NCBI GenBank assembly: GCA_045613545.1
Contig: JAZLBD010000001.1
Span: 27,332 to 91,331, forward strand
Source: Christensenellaceae bacterium
GTDB lineage: Bacteria > Bacillota > Clostridia > Christensenellales > Borkfalkiaceae
Length of the DNA stretch: 64,000 nucleotides
Reading direction: 5' to 3'
Numbering within the stretch: the first letter of the stretch is position 1; each line of letters starts with the position of its first letter. A program made the position numbers and the translations under genes. Shown here in pieces: positions 37,799 to 48,483 of the stretch. The notes under the pieces were generated by a model that saw only the letters and a program-made list of their open reading frames with translations, was not told the DNA's origin and made no database searches.

Positions 37799-37836
37799 AC
37801 ACTCCCCCTATCGCAACCTTGCGATAGGGGGATTTT

Positions 37837-40743
37837 TCATTCTTTACGGATAAGTTCTACAGGTTTTTCCTTTGCGATCCGCACGATCGGGAACAAGGAA
37901 GAAGCTACGCCCGTCAATATGCTCGCCGATAGAATAATCGAGATTTGCCGAATTCCGAAGAGAGCAAAACTCATTCCAAGGCTCATCACTTCTATGATAT
38001 ACGCGTTGACGAAGGTACAGGCGATCGCCGCAACGATAGAAGCTAGCACCCCGTTAAATAGCGCGATGACGAGGCTTTCGACGAGGAACATACAAAAAAT
38101 ATTTTTTCCACTTGCGCCTAGCCCTCTAAGCACGCCGATCGAACGACGCTTGGAGATAATACTCGTCGAGATGTAGTTAAACAGCATGAACACCGAGAAT
38201 ACGGCTAGCGCTAAGGAAACGTACAAGAATAAGTTGGCGAATTGATCGATAAATTCTTCGTTGAGTTCAATCGTTTCCAAAACGCTGTTGTTAAACCAGT
38301 GAAGGGTAAGTCCACTCTTTTTCGTCATCATTTTTCCAAGTTTACCAGCGCCGAAATAGTTATTAAACAAAGGAGACGTGATACGCGAATACACCCCTTG
38401 CTCTTTCGTAATTTCCATTCTATCAAACCCGCCTTCGCTGAGAACGAATGGTTTATACGTATTGTCGTATCTATAATACGACCCGACGTACATATACACG
38501 CCGACGATCTTAAAATCTTCGTTTTGACGGGTAGCGCCCACTTCATGGCCGGTAATATTCGCTTTGAAATTCTCCTCGAACGCAGCGGGGAATCCCTCGT
38601 ATAATTCCAACGTCATTTCATAGACTTTTTTCAAGGATTCTTTACGTTCTTGGTAGCTATACGAGTCGTTTTGGAGAACCAACATATGGGAATAATACTC
38701 CGTACGCTTTTCCTCCGACGGCAACAAATTCCTTTCGTCTTCAAAAACAAACTCGACTAAATCTCGAATTTGAATTAGCATTTCGTTGTCCGCAAGGACG
38801 GGTGTTCTACCTTCCGCCTCGTATAAATCGTCGAAAAAAATCGTATTCGTGTTGTCAAATTCGTCTACGTTATAAAAACGGAAAGAAGAACGGTTTACCC
38901 AACCGCCGACCGTAGTGACGTATTCCATATCCGTATAATTGGCAACGTAAGTAGTTTTAATCTTTCTTTCCGCGCGCACGTGTTCTACGTATCCGTCTGC
39001 CGCAAACAAATTTAAATATCCGCCCGCATACAGATAGGTACTGAAATCTTGCGCGAGCATATGTTCTTCGCCTCCGCGTTTTTCTTGTAAAATCTTATAT
39101 CTGGAAGGGATATCTCCACAGTCTAAAATACCACAAATGACAAACTCTCCACCGTTGATATAGTAATTCGCAAAAGACAATTTCGCGCCGATCAAATCTT
39201 CTATGGATAGAACCGTTTTTCCGCCAAACTGACTCACTTGTTTCACGTTCATCCAATGAAGTATGCTTTCGGCGAAATAGGAAGAGATTGCAACCTGATT
39301 GAACGGATCGGGATTCATTTCCGTCACCATCGGATAGCTTCCGTACAAAATGGTGTAGTCGAACCCTTTCGGATCTACGACGTCCCCCACGATTTCATCC
39401 GGCGAAAACTCGATAATCCCGTTTAAGGTACGGAGGTAATAATCTTTCCCCGTATAACTCATAAACCCATCCACTTGCGGTTCAGCGAGGGTATAACCCC
39501 TATTGAAGTTATTTCTGGCACCGTTGTTATCCACAAGTTCGTCGTCGTTGATATCGTACACTCCACGGAATTTATACCCCGTTTCTTTATTGATCTTATC
39601 AATTTGCGATTGATTGAGTTTTATATTCGCTTTCGTGTAGGCGTCGCTCGAATAGGTCGCGTAAGCAGATACCGCCGTGTAATCCCCGTCGCGAAGCAAC
39701 GCCGTCAACGCTCTGTCGTCTTGGAAGGACGCCACCGCGTCGAACAATCCGAACACCGCAAACGCCACCACGGAAAGCAAGATCGTCAAAAATAGACGAA
39801 CGGGTTTTACGAACAACGATTTTAAGCCGAGCCCTGCAACCGAAGAAAATTTCATTTTGCTTTTAATGAGGGCGGGCGGAACGTCGGGGTGTACGCTTTG
39901 AATGTTTCCCGTCGCTTGTTTTTGCCGAACGGAAATCTTTTCGCTGACTTGAATCTTTTTCTTATTTTTAATCGCGCGCACGAGGACTTCCGTCTCGGAA
40001 GCGGAAAGTTCTCCGCCCAATTTCACGGATACTTCCTCCTCGCCGTCGTACACACTCCCCGTCATTTCCACGTCGGTAAGCGTGATATCTTCCACGACGT
40101 TGCCGTCCACCACTTTGAGGATTCGATCGGCGTATTTTTCCGCAAACTCCATTTCGTGTGAAACGACGATGACGAGCTTTTCCTTGGACAACTTTTTCAA
40201 AAGCTCCATCACTTGAATCCCCGAAGCGCTATCGAGCGCGCCCGTAGGCTCGTCCGCCATAATAATCTTCGGATTTTTAATGACGGCACGCGTGACCGAG
40301 ACTCTTTGGCGTTGTCCCCCCGAAAGTTGGGTGGGTTTCCGATCGTTATACCCGTCGATTTCAACCGCATGCAACATTTCGTTCAAATGCACTAAGGAAG
40401 TTTTTCTTCCCTGCAGCTCGTCCGCGATGCGGATATTTTTCTCTACCGTATATTCGGGTAGCAAGTTATATTCTTGGAAAATAAACCCTACGAACGTATT
40501 GCGATAACTGTCGTAATCGGCGGGGGTAAATTCGGAAAACTTTTTACCATCGATGATAATTTCCCCTTCATCTACGCCGTCAAGCCCCCCGATTACGTTG
40601 AGCATCGTCGTTTTTCCGCTTCCGCTCTTCCCCGTGATAAACACCATTCCCTTGTCGGGGAATACGACGTTCACGCCGTTTAACGCCACCGTTTGCCCGG
40701 CTTTCGTCACATAGGTTTTCTTTACGTTGATAAGTTCTAACAT
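37837..40743 (-). CDS. fused ABC transporter ATPase plus FtsX/MacB-type permease with a large extracytoplasmic domain
   Basis: GKSGSGKTT, LSGGQRQRV, IIMADEPTGALD, then a TM segment, a ~500-aa loop and C-terminal FtsX-like TMs. Confidence 0.8.
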   Translation of the reverse strand: MLELINVKKTYVTKAGQTVALNGVNVVFPDKGMVFITGKSGSGKTTMLNVIGGLDGVDEGEIIIDGKKFSEFTPADYDSYRNTFVGFIFQEYNLLPEYTVEKNIRIADELQGRKTSLVHLNEMLHAVEIDGYNDRKPTQLSGGQRQRVSVTRAVIKNPKIIMADEPTGALDSASGIQVMELLKKLSKEKLVIVVSHEMEFAEKYADRILKVVDGNVVEDITLTDVEMTGSVYDGEEEVSVKLGGELSASETEVLVRAIKNKKKIQVSEKISVRQKQATGNIQSVHPDVPPALIKSKMKFSSVAGLGLKSLFVKPVRLFLTILLSVVAFAVFGLFDAVASFQDDRALTALLRDGDYTAVSAYATYSSDAYTKANIKLNQSQIDKINKETGYKFRGVYDINDDELVDNNGARNNFNRGYTLAEPQVDGFMSYTGKDYYLRTLNGIIEFSPDEIVGDVVDPKGFDYTILYGSYPMVTEMNPDPFNQVAISSYFAESILHWMNVKQVSQFGGKTVLSIEDLIGAKLSFANYYINGGEFVICGILDCGDIPSRYKILQEKRGGEEHMLAQDFSTYLYAGGYLNLFAADGYVEHVRAERKIKTTYVANYTDMEYVTTVGGWVNRSSFRFYNVDEFDNTNTIFFDDLYEAEGRTPVLADNEMLIQIRDLVEFVFEDERNLLPSEEKRTEYYSHMLVLQNDSYSYQERKESLKKVYEMTLELYEGFPAAFEENFKANITGHEVGATRQNEDFKIVGVYMYVGSYYRYDNTYKPFVLSEGGFDRMEITKEQGVYSRITSPLFNNYFGAGKLGKMMTKKSGLTLHWFNNSVLETIELNEEFIDQFANLFLYVSLALAVFSVFMLFNYISTSIISKRRSIGVLRGLGASGKNIFCMFLVESLVIALFNGVLASIVAAIACTFVNAYIIEVMSLGMSFALFGIRQISIILSASILTGVASSLFPIVRIAKEKPVELIRKE

Positions 40744-40898
40744 CTCTTGATCCTTTTCCCTAAAAATACTCGACTTATTATAGCACGCTATACTTTACCT
40801 TGTCAAACGTTTTTTTTCCGTTTCCCGTTCTATATCAAAAAAAAGAGGTATGTTTATCCGCAAGGAAACACACCTCTTTTTTTGCTGAATAAGACTTG

Positions 40899-41159
40899 TT
40901 ATTCAACCTCTTTCTCTTCCGCCACGGCAACTTCTTCTACCGTTTCTTCTACGGGCGAAGATTCCTCGTCTAAAATGACCAAGTCCTCTTCCACTTCTTT
41001 GTTGGCATTTTCGTCGATGTGCAAAGTCTTTTGCACCCCTTTTTTGAGCTTACGCCAAAGAATGATGAACGTAGCGCCACACGCCACGGCGATAGCCGTG
41101 ATAGACGAGAGCAACACGGTGGTTGCAGCAGGATCAATATACAATAAATTGGTAAACAT
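40899..41159 (-). CDS. small single-TM protein with an acidic tail
   Basis: 86 aa, TM segment TTVLLSSITAIAVACGATFIILW, tail rich in E/V. Coding status is plausible but unproven. Confidence 0.35.
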   Translation of the reverse strand: MFTNLLYIDPAATTVLLSSITAIAVACGATFIILWRKLKKGVQKTLHIDENANKEVEEDLVILDEESSPVEETVEEVAVAEEKEVE

Positions 41160-41179
41160 AATTTATTTCCTCCAAATAA

Positions 41180-43282
41180 TTATTTTTTCTTTTGTTTAAG
41201 CGACTGTAAAATATACTCCGCGCCCTTTTCCGCCGCATTGCCGGGGTTGAAGATCATGGCGCTTTGTTTTTCCGTGATAATTTGCTTGTATTCTTCCGAC
41301 TTTTCTTCCAGCTCTTTGAGGGTCGTTGCAAGGTTTGCGATTTCCTCTTTGTCGATGGCTACGCCGATCTCCGAACGCAAAGAAATTTCCACGGGCAACG
41401 TACTGATTTTCGTGTAGTTGGGGTTGGGGCATTTCATAAGGGTGTTGACGAACACCGCGGGGCGCTTGGTCGCAAAGCAGAACTCGGTAGCCACCCCCGA
41501 CCAGTCGGTGATTAAAACGTCCGACGAATAAATGGATTTATTCGTTGCGAAATTGAGTTCAAAGCGAAGCTTGTCCTCGTCGTAACCTTGGTAGCGATCG
41601 ACAATTTGTTGCATCGCCGCGCCGTAGCGTTTCACATATTCGGGATGCGGGCGAACGATGATTTTATAATCGGTGGGCATAAGCGCCGAGATTAAATCGT
41701 CCACGCAAGAATCGAGTAAATTATCCTCTTGCCAAGAGGGAGCAATCAGTACCTCTTTGGGATCGGTCGGCTTTTTATCCTTATTTGCCTTTTCGCCGTC
41801 AACGACGAGGGAATCCGCCAAAGGATACCCGAATTCTACGAGGGTCTTTTTCTTAAGTTTGTAAACTTTCTCGATTTCTCGAAGTTCGCCTACCGTGTGC
41901 GGACCGGTGCAGAAAATCGTGTCGAACGCGTCGAACGCGCCCTCTCTAAATCCCATATGCGCACTCATCATATCGTGCGGGATATAGATATACTCCGTGT
42001 CCTTTTTCATCATCGAACGCTTCAAATAATATTTGTCGAGGTCGGGCGTGGTCATTATAAAAATGTCCGTTTCCACCATCATCATCAAAATCGGCGTTTT
42101 CTTCAAAGAGATATAATAGGGTTTAATCTTCGGTTGCTCCTTTGCAATCTCGAAAATGACGTCGTCGGGATCGTTCGTCACGTAGTGAATGGATAAGTTC
42201 GAACGTTTCAAAAGTTGTTCGATGAGCGCTTTGTAATATTTATAAAATCCGCTCTTTTCCGAATAGATCACGACGTGTTTATTGACGATGTTTTTGAACC
42301 GTTTATAGTCCTCTTTTTCCCGTTGTTTATTCGCTTTATATTGCTCGCTGTTTTTATCCTCTTTGCCGAACTCTTTCATGTCGGCAAGCGCTTTTCGGCT
42401 CGCTTCGAGCGCCTCGTAATCCACGTATTTTTTCGGATTGATCGCCATGTTCAAAAGGTACATTTGCGCCACCGAGAAAAGGTTGCTCGCAATCCAATAA
42501 AGGGCGATCCCCGCAGGCACGAACAAGCCAAGATAGAGAGACAGCGCCACGGAAAGGGTCATAATCCCGTATTTGTTGAGTTTGCCTTGTTCCGATTGAA
42601 TGACGTTGGAAAGGTTTTGCGTAAAGCACATTACCCAAGACGAAAGCCCTGCAAGAATGGGAACGATAACGTATATCCCCCAAGCGAGGCTCGGCACTTC
42701 ACTCAAATTAAGTCCGAGGAAGTTGAGTTTGAATCCGTCCACCCTTTCGATAAGCGCCGTGAGAGATTCTATTTCCATACCTGTCGCAGATGCAAGCTCG
42801 GGCGTTGCGGTAAGCGTGCCGTTTTGCATCGCTTCGACGATGGCAAGTTGGAAAGAAGAATCGCTCGTATTCGCACCGATCGCTTCCGCCAGTTTCAAAA
42901 TAGCCGTCTCGTCGCACCCGAACAAATAGGTAAGAGGGTGGTAGATAATAAACACCACGCCAAGCAATAAAACGATTTGGAGCACGAGCGGAATGAGGGT
43001 TAAAATCGGATGATAATGCTCCCGTTTGAACAGTTTCATTTGCTCGTCGGCGATCATATCCGCGTTCCCTTGATATTTCACCTTCAAGTTATTGATTTCC
43101 GGTTGCAATTTGACCATTTGAATGGAATTTTTCTGTATCCACACCGACACGGGAAGAAGCACGATCTTCGTCGCCAGCGTGAACAAAATAATGGCGAGCC
43201 CATAGTTCTCCACGAGCATCCAGCACCATTTCATCAAATACCCAAGCGGTATGCAAATGTAATAAACGATTGTGTCCATCAT
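41180..43282 (-). CDS. fusion: YidC/Oxa1-type membrane insertase (N-terminal) plus CDP-glycerol glycerophosphotransferase TagB/TagF-like domain (C-terminal)
   Basis: The N-terminus ENYGLAIILFTLATKIVLLPVSVWIQKNSIQMVKLQPEINNLKVKY is a YidC signature. The C-terminal ~400 aa, with ...SDVLITDWSGVATEFCFATKRPAVFVN, is typical of Glyphos_transf. Confidence 0.7.
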   Translation of the reverse strand: MMDTIVYYICIPLGYLMKWCWMLVENYGLAIILFTLATKIVLLPVSVWIQKNSIQMVKLQPEINNLKVKYQGNADMIADEQMKLFKREHYHPILTLIPLVLQIVLLLGVVFIIYHPLTYLFGCDETAILKLAEAIGANTSDSSFQLAIVEAMQNGTLTATPELASATGMEIESLTALIERVDGFKLNFLGLNLSEVPSLAWGIYVIVPILAGLSSWVMCFTQNLSNVIQSEQGKLNKYGIMTLSVALSLYLGLFVPAGIALYWIASNLFSVAQMYLLNMAINPKKYVDYEALEASRKALADMKEFGKEDKNSEQYKANKQREKEDYKRFKNIVNKHVVIYSEKSGFYKYYKALIEQLLKRSNLSIHYVTNDPDDVIFEIAKEQPKIKPYYISLKKTPILMMMVETDIFIMTTPDLDKYYLKRSMMKKDTEYIYIPHDMMSAHMGFREGAFDAFDTIFCTGPHTVGELREIEKVYKLKKKTLVEFGYPLADSLVVDGEKANKDKKPTDPKEVLIAPSWQEDNLLDSCVDDLISALMPTDYKIIVRPHPEYVKRYGAAMQQIVDRYQGYDEDKLRFELNFATNKSIYSSDVLITDWSGVATEFCFATKRPAVFVNTLMKCPNPNYTKISTLPVEISLRSEIGVAIDKEEIANLATTLKELEEKSEEYKQIITEKQSAMIFNPGNAAEKGAEYILQSLKQKKK

Positions 43283-43314
43283 AACAATCTACGTCCTTTA
43301 TAAAAATTTTTTCG

Positions 43315-45135
43315 TTAGTTAGCAAATAAGGGGTGGTTAAAGTATTCTCTTTTTACCACCGACCAATGATCGAAATCTCTCGCAGAGCCGATAATTTCGT
43401 AGGTGATCGAAGTGTATGCGCTCATATTGAGCTTTCTACAGTTCCAAATAAACTTGCGCTTAAATGCATCCCAAAGCGAGGGATCCATTCGTTCGATCGT
43501 AAACACCGAAGGCGCAAAAGCGGTCGTATCGTAAGAAATCCCCTCCGATTCGAAAATCGTAGGCCATAAATTTTCGTGGGAAACGGGCGCGGAGGAAAAT
43601 TTAAGTTCTCCGCTATCCACCCCGCTCGGCTTGACGAACATGGAAGTGAGCATACTTCTATCGAATTCCGAGAAAATATTCTTCACTTTTCCGTGATCGC
43701 CTAAAATCACGATCGTCGCGTTCTTGTAAGCTTCGGGCGATTGTCGTTTCATTCCCTCCAAATAGGAGGCGATAAGCTCCATACTGTTTCTCGCCGAAAG
43801 GACGAAATTATTCTTTTCTTTCTTGCTTTTTTTGAAGTTTTTATCGAGTCCTGCCGCGTGGCAACCGTTCAAATGAATGAAGGAAAAGTTCTTTTCCCCC
43901 TGCATAGAAAACTCGTTTACCTTTTCTTGGAATTGGCGATACACTTTATCCGTATCGTAATTATATTCCACGTAGTCGCCTAAATCGTTACTATGGTATC
44001 TTGCATACGAATTGCAAACGTTCGCGTCAACGTTCCCCGAAATCCCTTTCAGGGCGTAGGGAAGAGTGCGATACAGTGACATCAACGTAAGATTCCTCGA
44101 AAGTCCCCAAGGCTTGCGATAGGACACCCAAAGGGAATCGCGCTCAGCCTCGATAGAATTTTCGATATAATCGGGCAATTCCCGCCCGTCGCGGTAGTCG
44201 TAGTAATACTCGGCGAAGAGGTTGATTTTATACCCCTCCTCGTGCAATCTTTCGATCGTTTGATTGTCGTTATACACCTTAGCAAGCCACTCATCGCCGT
44301 CGCCGTTGTCGTATTCCGTGTTTGTGAGGAAATATGCGACGGACGGGAAGGTGTTGCCATAGAGGGAAATCGCGTCTTCGTAATAGGTAAATCCTTCGAA
44401 TTTCGCAAACGTTTCGGGATATTTTTGCATCGCGGGCTCGGTATAGAATTTCCCATCCATTTTATCCACGCAAAAAACGATGACGTTTTTATCTTCCGCA
44501 AAGCTCGTTAAATTTTTATTCGTCAAAAACCGCGGATTGCCAAGTTCGTCGCCCTCAAATTTCCGATCGATCGGCGATGCGAACACCCCATCCGTCGTCA
44601 TGGCGAGCACGCCGAAACTCAACGCTTGCGGAACGGCGAGCGTGAACGTTAAAATGAGCGCGATCGTCTTGGTTAAATCGTGTTTTTTGAAGTATTTATA
44701 CAGAAAGACGACGCCCCCTAAGACGATTACCCAAACCGCCGTATTCCAAACGTACGTCCACGCGGAAAATCCGTCTGCCGTATCGCCGTTGAGCGTTTCC
44801 AAACCGCCGTTTAAGTAGTTGGATTGTACGAACGTCATTAAGAAACTGCCAAGCAATATCGGATAGAGGATCTCATACACGCACCTTGGCAAGAAGAACA
44901 ACAGGCAAAAGGTCAACGCGACGAATATCAACGCCGAATAAAACTGATAGGGTAAAAACGCGCCTGCCGAAAAGTAAAACTCTTTTACGTTGCTAGCAAA
45001 AATCTCGAACGGTGCGACGAAAAACACCATGAACGGAAAAAAGAGCGAAAGAGCCGCGCTCGGTAAAATTCGCTTTTTTCTTTCTTCGCTAAAAAATTTC
45101 TTTTTCGTCTTTTGTTGTATCTTTTTTTCTTTCAT
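43315..45135 (-). CDS. LtaS-like sulfatase-family phosphoglycerol transferase, polytopic N-terminus (paralogue 1)
   Basis: Multi-TM N-terminus, then NVIVFCVDKMDG and ILGDHG. High similarity to the adjacent ORF. Confidence 0.65.
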   Translation of the reverse strand: MKEKKIQQKTKKKFFSEERKKRILPSAALSLFFPFMVFFVAPFEIFASNVKEFYFSAGAFLPYQFYSALIFVALTFCLLFFLPRCVYEILYPILLGSFLMTFVQSNYLNGGLETLNGDTADGFSAWTYVWNTAVWVIVLGGVVFLYKYFKKHDLTKTIALILTFTLAVPQALSFGVLAMTTDGVFASPIDRKFEGDELGNPRFLTNKNLTSFAEDKNVIVFCVDKMDGKFYTEPAMQKYPETFAKFEGFTYYEDAISLYGNTFPSVAYFLTNTEYDNGDGDEWLAKVYNDNQTIERLHEEGYKINLFAEYYYDYRDGRELPDYIENSIEAERDSLWVSYRKPWGLSRNLTLMSLYRTLPYALKGISGNVDANVCNSYARYHSNDLGDYVEYNYDTDKVYRQFQEKVNEFSMQGEKNFSFIHLNGCHAAGLDKNFKKSKKEKNNFVLSARNSMELIASYLEGMKRQSPEAYKNATIVILGDHGKVKNIFSEFDRSMLTSMFVKPSGVDSGELKFSSAPVSHENLWPTIFESEGISYDTTAFAPSVFTIERMDPSLWDAFKRKFIWNCRKLNMSAYTSITYEIIGSARDFDHWSVVKREYFNHPLFAN

Positions 45136-45171
45136 TGGCGTTCCCTCTCATTCTCGCGAAAAATCCATTCT

Positions 45172-47001
45172 TTATTCGGCAAGCCCTTGCGCGAACAAGG
45201 CGTGATTGATTTTTACGCGACCGACCTCCCTCCAGTTTTTCCACACTCTCGCTTCGCCCACGATCTCGTAGGTGATCGAATAGTACGACGCGATGTTCGG
45301 CGTTCTCATATTCCAAATAAACCGACGAGGAGGACAAGGAAAACCTTTTTCGTAAGCCTCTTGCACGGCGAAAATCGACTGCGCCCAAGCCTCGTTTTCA
45401 TACGCGATTCCCTCGCTCTCAAAAATCGTCGCCCACAAATTGTCGTGGGAAACGGGCGCTTTGGATTTTTTAAGTGGCGTTCCGCTCTCCCCGCTACGCT
45501 TTACGAACAAGGAAGTAAGCATACTGTCCTTGATCTCTTTCGAATGGTTTTTGATTTTTCCGTGATCGCCTAAAATAATAATGGTAGCGTCCTTATAAAG
45601 CTCGGGAGAAATCGCTTTCATACTTTCCAAGTACGAGGCGATAATTTCCATACTGTTTCTCGCCGAAAGGACATAGTCCTTTTTGTGTTTTTTGCTCGTT
45701 TCGAAATTCTCGTCGAGCCCTGCCGTGTGGCAACCTGCCATATGAATGAACGTGAAATTTTTCTCGCCCGTGGTGGAAAATTCGTTTTGTTTTGCCTTGA
45801 TTTGTTTATAAATTCCTTTCGTGTCCGCTTTGAATTCGCTATACCCTTGCAAGTCGTCGCTCACGTATTGGGCGTAGGCGTTGCAAGTTGCCGAATCAAT
45901 ATTGCCTGCTAAATTTTTCAAAGCGAAAGGCAAGGTTCGATAGAGCGCCATCTGCATCATGGAACGGTTAAACTTTTGAGGATTTTTAATCACGAGTTTC
46001 AAGGACTCCCTACTCGTTTCCACGGCGTTGTCGATATAGTCTGGCATTTGCCGAGCGTCGTAATAATCGTAGTAGTATTCCGCGAACAGATTGATATCGT
46101 ATCCGTTTTCGTGAAGAACGGACAAGGTCGAGTTTTGGTTGTAAACTTTATCGAACCAGTCCTTGTGGTTTTTGTTGTCGTATTCAATTTGCGACAGCAT
46201 ATACCCAATGGCGGGGAAGGTGTTCCCATAGAGAGAGGTTGCGTCCTCGTAGTAGGTAAACCCGTCGAATTTATCGAACGTTTCCGGATACGTTTGCATA
46301 GCCGGTTCGGTGTAGAGTTTTCCGTCCATTCGATCGACGCAAAACACAATCACGTTGCGCGAAGAGCCAACCGTCGTCAAATTTTTGTTGGTGATAAAGC
46401 GAGGCTCGCCGAAATCGTCGCCGTCGAATTTCCGATCGATCGCCGAGCCGAACGCGTCTTCCGTCGTCATCGCAAGCACTGAAAAATTGATCGCTTGTGG
46501 CATCGACAAGGTAATGGTTAAGATGAGGGCGATCGTTTTGGTTAGCTCTTTCTTTTTGAAAACTTGAAAGAGAAAAACGAACAAGGCGATTCCGATCACC
46601 CAAACCGCCGTATTCCAAACGTACGTTCCCGCCGAGAAATCTTTCATATCGTCCCCACCCAGCGAATCGAGTCCGATATTCAGATAATTCGATTGCAAGA
46701 AGAACATAAAAAATACCCCTAAAAAGAAGGGATATACGAAATGGTAAACTTTCTCCGGAATTAAGAAAAGCAAAAGAAACGAGAGCGCGGAAAAGATAAA
46801 GGCTATTCCCAATGTGAAAAACACGAAATCGGTAGCGGAAAAATAAAACTCCCCGATATTATTACAGAAAATTTCAAAAGGAGCAACGACGAACAACATA
46901 ACGTTCAAAAATACAACGAGAAGAACGCTCGGAAAAATACGGGAGCGTCGCTCCGCATTGAAGTACGTTTTTTTGGTTGCTTGCTCTTTCTTGTTCGTCA
47001 T
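45172..47001 (-). CDS. LtaS-like sulfatase-family phosphoglycerol transferase (paralogue 2)
   Basis: NVIVFCVDRMDG, ILGDHG, collinear with 43315-45135. Confidence 0.65.
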   Translation of the reverse strand: MTNKKEQATKKTYFNAERRSRIFPSVLLVVFLNVMLFVVAPFEIFCNNIGEFYFSATDFVFFTLGIAFIFSALSFLLLFLIPEKVYHFVYPFFLGVFFMFFLQSNYLNIGLDSLGGDDMKDFSAGTYVWNTAVWVIGIALFVFLFQVFKKKELTKTIALILTITLSMPQAINFSVLAMTTEDAFGSAIDRKFDGDDFGEPRFITNKNLTTVGSSRNVIVFCVDRMDGKLYTEPAMQTYPETFDKFDGFTYYEDATSLYGNTFPAIGYMLSQIEYDNKNHKDWFDKVYNQNSTLSVLHENGYDINLFAEYYYDYYDARQMPDYIDNAVETSRESLKLVIKNPQKFNRSMMQMALYRTLPFALKNLAGNIDSATCNAYAQYVSDDLQGYSEFKADTKGIYKQIKAKQNEFSTTGEKNFTFIHMAGCHTAGLDENFETSKKHKKDYVLSARNSMEIIASYLESMKAISPELYKDATIIILGDHGKIKNHSKEIKDSMLTSLFVKRSGESGTPLKKSKAPVSHDNLWATIFESEGIAYENEAWAQSIFAVQEAYEKGFPCPPRRFIWNMRTPNIASYYSITYEIVGEARVWKNWREVGRVKINHALFAQGLAE

Positions 47002-47045
47002 ACTACTCTCCTCAAACGCCTATACTTTCGCATTATAATGTAAAC

Positions 47046-47075
47046 ATTATACCACCCGTCGCAAGTTCTTGTCAA
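47046..47075 (-). promoter_or_regulatory. candidate sigma-A promoter of the LtaS-like/YidC-TagF cluster
   Basis: Minus strand TTGACA (47075-47070), 18-nt spacer, TATAAT (47051-47046). Confidence 0.5.
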
Positions 47076-47249
47076 GCGGACGGACTACGCAATGAAAGGA
47101 TTTTTTGTAATTCTACACACTAAATTTTCCCTTTCTTGGGCGCAAAAAACAAGACAAATCGTCGCATTTTACGTAAAAAAGAGGGGTAAGGCTACGTTCG
47201 ACGCATACCTGCCCCCTCTCTATCCTATTTTTTTCCTTTTTTCGCTCAC

Positions 47250-48419
47250 TCAGTAGCAACTTTCGAAGATTTCTTTCACCTCTTTCGTTCCGAGCGCGCG
47301 ATATCCCTTGATGACAACCGTGCCACCACGGGTGCAAGCGTTTGCTAAATCGTCCAAGCGGTTTTTAGGAACGCCGAACGAGGAAATCTTGGAGGGCATT
47401 CCAAGTCTTTGGAAGAAATCTTCCATCGCCTCTATCCCTTGAACGGACGCTTTCTCGTCGTCCGCCTCGTCTATCCCCCACACCTTACGTGCAAACCGCG
47501 CAAAACGAGGTAAGTTTTCCCGATACACGTACCGCATCCAAGCGGGATATAACACGGCAAGTCCCGCCCCATGCGCAATTTCGTCGAAGAGTCCGCTTAA
47601 AGCGTGTTCGAGTTGATGCACCGCCAAATAGTTCTCTCTCCCACACCCCGTAAGGCCGTTGTGCGCCAAACTTGACGCCCACATAAGAAGGGAGCGAGCC
47701 TCGACGTCTTGTAAATTTTGCGTTAGTTTTTCCCCCGCCCATACCACGGACGAGAGCAAGCTCTCCGACAGGCTGTCGGTGAGCAAGGTGTCGGGGAGGG
47801 GCGTGAAATACCGTTCCAAGGTATGCGACATCATATCGACGATCCCACAGCCCGTTTGAAAACTTCCGACCGTGAGGGTAAGTTCAGGATCTAAAACGGC
47901 GAAAAGCGGTCTGTTCCATTCGCTGTTGCACCCTTTTTTGATTTGCAGATCCTCATTCGTGAGAACGGCGGAATTGCTCATTTCACTGCCCGCAGCCGAA
48001 ATGGTTAAAACTACGCCCACGGGCAAAGCGTCTTTCGGGGTCGCCCTGCCCATTGCATAGTCCCAAACGTCCGCGTCGGTTTTTACGCCAAGCGCGGTAT
48101 ACTTGGAAGAATCAATGACGCTTCCACCTCCCACCGCTAAAATCATTTGTACGTTTTCTTCTTTTGCCCGCGCGATCGCCTCGCGCACGAAACCGAGCTT
48201 AGGATTGGGCTCTACTCCGCCAAACTCGACCACGGTTATGCCGTTTGCGTGCAAAGACCGCATAATTTCCTCGTAAAGTCCGCTCTTTTTTAAGCTGTTT
48301 TTGCCGTATTGCATCATAATCTTCGTAAAGCCGTACGAAGCTATGATCTCGCCCACGGTATGGCGCTTTCCATTTCCGAAGAATACTTTCGTCGGGGTGT
48401 GGTAGGTGAAGTCTAACAT
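47250..48419 (-). CDS. iron-containing (group III) alcohol dehydrogenase
   Basis: LAVGGGSVIDSSK and the His cluster HQLEHALSGLFDEIAHGAGLA. ATG 48419 is preceded by AGGAG. Confidence 0.85.
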   Translation of the reverse strand: MLDFTYHTPTKVFFGNGKRHTVGEIIASYGFTKIMMQYGKNSLKKSGLYEEIMRSLHANGITVVEFGGVEPNPKLGFVREAIARAKEENVQMILAVGGGSVIDSSKYTALGVKTDADVWDYAMGRATPKDALPVGVVLTISAAGSEMSNSAVLTNEDLQIKKGCNSEWNRPLFAVLDPELTLTVGSFQTGCGIVDMMSHTLERYFTPLPDTLLTDSLSESLLSSVVWAGEKLTQNLQDVEARSLLMWASSLAHNGLTGCGRENYLAVHQLEHALSGLFDEIAHGAGLAVLYPAWMRYVYRENLPRFARFARKVWGIDEADDEKASVQGIEAMEDFFQRLGMPSKISSFGVPKNRLDDLANACTRGGTVVIKGYRALGTKEVKEIFESCY

Positions 48420-48443
48420 ATTTTCTCCTTTTTCGTTCAATTG

Positions 48444-48477
48444 AAAAAAATCCCCCCTAACAAAAAGTCAAGGGGGA
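48444..48477 (-). terminator. intrinsic terminator after pepO
   Basis: Stem ccccct (48453-48458) / aggggg (48471-48476), with a U-run on the minus strand (A-run 48444-48450). Confidence 0.55.
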
Positions 48478-48483
48478 AAGGTT

